IMG/VR virus record: IMGVR_UViG_3300032038_000025
Coordinates: 1-64,000 of that record
Source of the DNA: a virus
Lineage: Duplodnaviria; Caudoviricetes
Length of the DNA stretch: 64,000 nucleotides
Reading direction: 5' to 3' (one strand)
Shown: positions 59,569-64,000 of the stretch, piece by piece
How the letters are laid out: every line of letters starts with the position of its first letter
Position numbering within the stretch: the stretch's first letter is position 1
Position numbers and translations under genes: made by a program
Notes under the pieces: model-generated
The model's input: the letters and a program-made list of their open reading frames with translations, nothing else
What the model was told of the DNA's origin: nothing
Databases searched by the model: none

Positions 59569-61908
59569 TTAACTAATATATTTATAATTAACTCCTGTTT
59601 CAAAAACAGAAGTCAAATCCGTTTGTTCAACCCAAGACCCATTGACTTTCTTATAAACCGTTCTACCTTCAACCCAAGATCCGTTCACTTTAATATAAAT
59701 AGTTCCAGTATTCGTAGTACAGGTAAGCACGATATTATGTGCGGCATTGATATTCGTTAACTTATAAATATAGTTAACGACTATCTTACCAGTCTTTGAA
59801 TCTGTGGTTTGTTCTTTCTCAAACACAATTGAGTTTCCATTATCCGCACCAGTGATTTCTGCGGTCGAGTCATCTGGCACTACAACGAGCGAATAATTCT
59901 GTCCCGCAAGCCTGACTACTTGACCATCTGGATACAATTTTGCACCAGTTCCAGAAGAGGTAATGAAGTAATAATCAACATCACCAAAGACAAATATCAG
60001 ACTATGTTTAGCATTGACATTGCTCAGTGTGTAAGTATATTCCCCACCGCCGCCTGTCGCTTCAATTTCAACCTTGAACTGCAATGAGTCATTACCATTA
60101 TCTGTGTATTGGTCTTTAAAAAACTTAACATCAATATAATGACTTCCTGCGCTTACTGTATAAGTTAGTTCATGTTCAGCAGTTCCGTTAATAGAAGAGC
60201 AAGCCAATTCAACATCAGACGCATCATCAGCAGAAGAGGATGTGCTAAGAGCAGTGTCTAGCTTACCGAAGATACCATAGTCATATCCTGCCTCGGCATA
60301 GTTAATATACTTGAAGGTAATGATACAATCTGATTCCAAATTTAATGTGACTCTGGCAACAGCCGCAGAATTTGAAACGCCTTGGTTGTTTGACTCATAA
60401 TACCCATTGCTGTTTACTGCGAATCCATAGTTTGAACTTCTATTTGCAACAGAGTATGTATTTTTGGGAATGCCACCCTGTAGCTGACTAGTTATGTCAA
60501 CACCATTATCAAGAGCAAGCGTTAATTTTGTCTCAGTTGGGAAAATAGATATTGTCTGATTCGTTCCTTCTTGTACACGAGTTGTGCCGTTGGCGGGATC
60601 AGTTGTTGCATTGATACTTGATATGGTAATCGGGTAGTAAGTATATTGCGGATCTTCGTCTGGTGGAATAAATGGGCCAGACTCACCGATTGTTATAACG
60701 TGGTCTGCCGCAATTCCTGTTAACTCATACTCGTAATAATACTGGTCGCCGCTAGTTGGAATTTCATAAACAACTGTCCATGTTGCACCGACAACCGCAC
60801 CACCATAGTAACCAATAGTAAACCGCAGTTTTGCTTCTTGTAACTCGGCTCTTGTCCAAGTTCCTGCGGTCATAGTTATTGTGGAATTAGATGTCGTTGT
60901 AAATGATGACTCACTGCCTTTTGCGGTTGAACCAGAATAAAGTTGCAAATCCGCAACCTCGCTTGAATTTGACGTACTCTCACAGTGTCCTCTGACTTGT
61001 ACAGTAACAGAAGTAATCGTTGCATTTTCTGGAATACCGCTGAAGTCAAAAGAGTAATCAATGTGTGCGGTTGAGCCTTGAGAAGAACAGTAGTCACTTG
61101 AAGTGCCACCGCTAGTCTCAACGCCAACACCAATAGCATTTCGGTAGTTTGTGCTACTAATATTTCCGCTTGTTGTGGCATTTTCTGGATTTGCTTCAAT
61201 TGTGCCGCCAGTTACAACCTCTTTAAGAATAAGGCCGCCAGTGACATCAGTGCCATTATCTAAAACTTGAATGCCATCAAGCGAGTCGGTGTTGACCTTT
61301 ACAACAGCATCGCCGCCCTCCACAATTTCCTGCGTTGCGGGTTCGGCGGTTATTCCACTCACACTACTGGTCGCAGTGATTGTATAAGCCGTGCCTTGAA
61401 TAGTGTAACCAACCGTGAGTGTTGCACCATAAAATCTGCAAATATATGATGTCGAAGTTGTAGATGATGTACCTCTTGTGACGTACAGACGAATCTTTGC
61501 ATTTCGCAACTCTGCTAAAGTCCAAGAGCCAACTGATAAGGTTACTGTACTTGCATAGTTTGAAATAGTTGTTGCAGACCCTTTTGTCGTTGTTCCAGTA
61601 CACATCTGCATTTGACGAGTGCTGATATATCTTGAACTAGTTGTACTAACATAACCTTTTGCCTGACATGCAACAGAATTAATAGTCGCACCTTCTGGGA
61701 TTTTACTGGTGTCGAAGTTGTAATAAACATAAGTAGCAGCACCAGACCCAGTTGTAAGTACGAACTGGGCATAGCTACTACTTGTTGCATCCGTGTAGCC
61801 ATTGTCAATAGGATACGAGCTACTTACAGATGCATATCTTGAATTTGTTGTATCCAGTGAGGAAGGATGAAATGTTAAGCTATTACTTACGTCTACTTGT
61901 CTTGCCAT
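59569..61908 (-). CDS. beta-rich virion surface/adhesin-like protein
   Basis: 779 aa, S/T-rich, duplicated FD.S.IP..ATI.SV domain; YIKVNGSW tail. Confidence 0.75.
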   Translation of the reverse strand: MARQVDVSNSLTFHPSSLDTTNSRYASVSSSYPIDNGYTDATSSSYAQFVLTTGSGAATYVYYNFDTSKIPEGATINSVACQAKGYVSTTSSRYISTRQMQMCTGTTTKGSATTISNYASTVTLSVGSWTLAELRNAKIRLYVTRGTSSTTSTSYICRFYGATLTVGYTIQGTAYTITATSSVSGITAEPATQEIVEGGDAVVKVNTDSLDGIQVLDNGTDVTGGLILKEVVTGGTIEANPENATTSGNISSTNYRNAIGVGVETSGGTSSDYCSSQGSTAHIDYSFDFSGIPENATITSVTVQVRGHCESTSNSSEVADLQLYSGSTAKGSESSFTTTSNSTITMTAGTWTRAELQEAKLRFTIGYYGGAVVGATWTVVYEIPTSGDQYYYEYELTGIAADHVITIGESGPFIPPDEDPQYTYYPITISSINATTDPANGTTRVQEGTNQTISIFPTETKLTLALDNGVDITSQLQGGIPKNTYSVANRSSNYGFAVNSNGYYESNNQGVSNSAAVARVTLNLESDCIITFKYINYAEAGYDYGIFGKLDTALSTSSSADDASDVELACSSINGTAEHELTYTVSAGSHYIDVKFFKDQYTDNGNDSLQFKVEIEATGGGGEYTYTLSNVNAKHSLIFVFGDVDYYFITSSGTGAKLYPDGQVVRLAGQNYSLVVVPDDSTAEITGADNGNSIVFEKEQTTDSKTGKIVVNYIYKLTNINAAHNIVLTCTTNTGTIYIKVNGSWVEGRTVYKKVNGSWVEQTDLTSVFETGVNYKYIS

Positions 61909-61921
61909 TTAATCACACCCC

Positions 61922-63853
61922 TTACTGTTTAATCCAGATGTCACCATCATTGCCGCCTGAAGGGGAAGCACTTGAAACCGTGACAGTGGAATATGTTAAT
62001 GCCACATTCACACTGGCGAGATTGGTAACATCTACTGTACCATTTGCGGTAATTGTCTGACTGCCGCTTACTAATTCACTTGCGGTCACCGTCACCGCAG
62101 TACCATATTTCGTTCCACCGCTGATATAACCAGTGGTATTTGTCACGCTCGGTGTCACTGTGATTGAGTGATTGCTCACCGTTCCTTTGCTTGCGGACGG
62201 CGTTCCCGCTGAACCACTCGCAACAGATTTTGTAGCTTGTGCAGAATAGTATCCTGCGGGTACAGTAACTGTTGCGCCACTTACCGTAAGATCATCGCCG
62301 TCTCTCTGGGTAATTCCAGAACCAACATAGGTAGAACTAATTGCACCAACCTTCACGATGCCTGTCGTATAAACTCCTGCGGCAACCGCATTTTGTTCAG
62401 ACTCGGTTGGAGTGACTGTTTTCGCCGCCTGTGTTGTAAGCTGAAGAGTTCCAGTTGTTGTTCCTGCGCTAACATATCCTGCCGCCTGTGTGTGACTTGC
62501 CGTCACAAGGCCAGTAGTAGAGTTGACAGAAGCAGTTGGATTAGCATGAGTTGCAGTTGCCACTGATTTAGTTTCCTGCTCCGCATAGTATCCAGATGGC
62601 ACGGTGATAGTTGCGCCAGAGGCGGTGAGATCCGTCTCATCTCTCTGAGTGATATCAGAGCCTACATATGTCGATGAAATCGCTCCCACCTTCACTACAC
62701 CAGTGGTATACATGCCAGAAGCAACTGCGGTCTGCTCACTCTCAGTCGGTGTGACAGTTTTTGCGGCTTGGGTTGTAAGCTGTTGAGTAGCTGAACCACT
62801 CACAGTAATCGTCCCCGCTGTTCCCGCACTCACATATCCTGCGCTCACCGTTGGTGTGACGCTCTTTGTTGCCGAAGCTGTCGCAGTAATCTTACCATCT
62901 GAACCAACACTAATGGTTGGGTTTGCAGTAACTGTTGTTGCAGGAGTTGTTGCGCTACCAGAAGGCATTGCATTAATCTGAACACTAGAAAGACCATCAT
63001 AACCAGAGTCGGCTGTGATGGTCTGACTTGATGTTGTTGGATTAATGTTGGTTTTTGCTTGGAGAGATGGAGCAGAAGAGGAGACATTAACATTAGCACT
63101 CGCATAATTCGTTACATCATGCGTTCCGTTCGATGTAATGTTGATTGTTCCTGTGGGGGTGATGCCACCACTTGTATCTCCATCATATGTTGTAATTACT
63201 TCACCAGTTTCATAATGTATTAATTTAACTGTTGTGTTGGTCGCAAGATCTTTCATAAATCCGGCTGATGTCATATCTATATTAACAAAAGCTGTTATAT
63301 GTAAACCATCTGTGCTACCAACGCTATTAACTGTAATTCCCGGAGGTACTGGACAATCATTTCTATAGTAACCGGCACCACTCCAATATGGCCCACCAAA
63401 TCTACCAAGAACTAATTCTGTTAAGTTAGTATTATTAAAAACATAATGTTGCGCTTCAAAATAATCAACGGAAGACCCTTGATAATACACAGAAGTTGGC
63501 GCTAAAATTAATCGTTTTAAATTTGGGTATTTTTCAATAGAAAATTGATTATTACTGCCGCTAGAATAAAAGGTCTGGCCAGCACCAGTTTTTATAACTT
63601 TTCCAGTTAATGTTAAATTAACTAAATGTTCCATATTGCCATATGTATTAAGCGCATCATAAGAATACTTACCACCCATATCAATAATCATGGTTTCAGT
63701 ATACTTCTTACCAGTGCTAGATGTATATACGGTCTCGCCACTAATAGTATCTTCTTCTCGTCTATATGTTAACACATTTCCGCCATTGTCGGTGGCCTTG
63801 AAGCCTGCGACATTTGTAAATTCTCTTCCGAATATTTGTAATGTATCGCTCAT
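61922..63853 (-). CDS. Thr/Ser-rich fibre-like protein with internal duplication
   Basis: 643 aa; two copies of LTTQAAKTVTPTESEQ...TVP.GYY; GDIW C-terminus. Confidence 0.75.
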   Translation of the reverse strand: MSDTLQIFGREFTNVAGFKATDNGGNVLTYRREEDTISGETVYTSSTGKKYTETMIIDMGGKYSYDALNTYGNMEHLVNLTLTGKVIKTGAGQTFYSSGSNNQFSIEKYPNLKRLILAPTSVYYQGSSVDYFEAQHYVFNNTNLTELVLGRFGGPYWSGAGYYRNDCPVPPGITVNSVGSTDGLHITAFVNIDMTSAGFMKDLATNTTVKLIHYETGEVITTYDGDTSGGITPTGTINITSNGTHDVTNYASANVNVSSSAPSLQAKTNINPTTSSQTITADSGYDGLSSVQINAMPSGSATTPATTVTANPTISVGSDGKITATASATKSVTPTVSAGYVSAGTAGTITVSGSATQQLTTQAAKTVTPTESEQTAVASGMYTTGVVKVGAISSTYVGSDITQRDETDLTASGATITVPSGYYAEQETKSVATATHANPTASVNSTTGLVTASHTQAAGYVSAGTTTGTLQLTTQAAKTVTPTESEQNAVAAGVYTTGIVKVGAISSTYVGSGITQRDGDDLTVSGATVTVPAGYYSAQATKSVASGSAGTPSASKGTVSNHSITVTPSVTNTTGYISGGTKYGTAVTVTASELVSGSQTITANGTVDVTNLASVNVALTYSTVTVSSASPSGGNDGDIWIKQ

Positions 63854-63868
63854 CAGTTAGCCACCTCC

Positions 63869-64000
63869 TTAATTATTTATTGCCGTTCCATCGGCGTATT
63901 GTGTCTCGTATATTGATCCTTCGATGGGAAGGATTTGATTATTTGAATTTTGTGTTAAAAATGTAGACCAATTATTAGCGGACTGATAAGAAGATATGAG
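63869..64000 (-). CDS. 3' end of a gene running off the window
   Basis: Ends ...YADGTAINN-TAA just before the RBS of the next gene. Confidence 0.4.
   Translation of the reverse strand, partial: LISSYQSANNWSTFLTQNSNNQILPIEGSIYETQYADGTAINN

Noticed and set aside
4585-63105. Antisense and alternate-frame ORFs (e.g. 5274, 8624, 20060, 20375, 34662, 50831, 51478, 60876, 62237)
   Set aside because: They are shadows of longer, motif-bearing genes. The poly-Pro ORF at 51478 is the antisense of a Gly run in the tape measure protein.

Overview
AT-rich segment of a large tailed phage. The host is probably a gut or rumen Firmicute/Clostridia, inferred from sigma-A-type promoters, GGAGG ribosome-binding sites and GH25/CHAP lysins. 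Layout: 1-2.9 kb is a repeat- and hairpin-rich origin-like region with a wHTH gene. 4-10.5 kb holds short early genes behind a repeated host-type promoter. 10.5-19.8 kb is a dense tRNA/ncRNA cluster with an RpoD-like sigma factor, homing endonucleases and an NlpC/P60 gene. 19.9-21.4 kb is a DUF2828 (TROVE/vWA-like) gene. 21.5-42.1 kb (+) and 42.2-64 kb (-) are tail, tape-measure and lysis genes. The fragmented ORF track arises because TAG is a sense codon here: reading through TAG joins the fragments into genes of up to about 2850 codons that end in TAA/TGA. Main result: TAG appears to encode glutamate, not the glutamine of known code-15 phages. It falls on the catalytic Glu of a GH25 D-x-E motif, on the conserved Glu of an I-Ssp6803I-type nuclease and inside poly-Glu repeats. 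The window also encodes a CUA-anticodon tRNA with a tRNA-Glu body. Second system: six stem-ACAGCAA RNA modules, one carrying a circularly permuted tRNA domain (YrlA/Y-RNA architecture), clustered upstream of the DUF2828 Ro60-like gene. Also present are a tRNA-Ser split by a nuclease ORF with no room for a ribozyme, and several non-canonical tRNAs. All family assignments come from motif recognition by eye; no searches were run.
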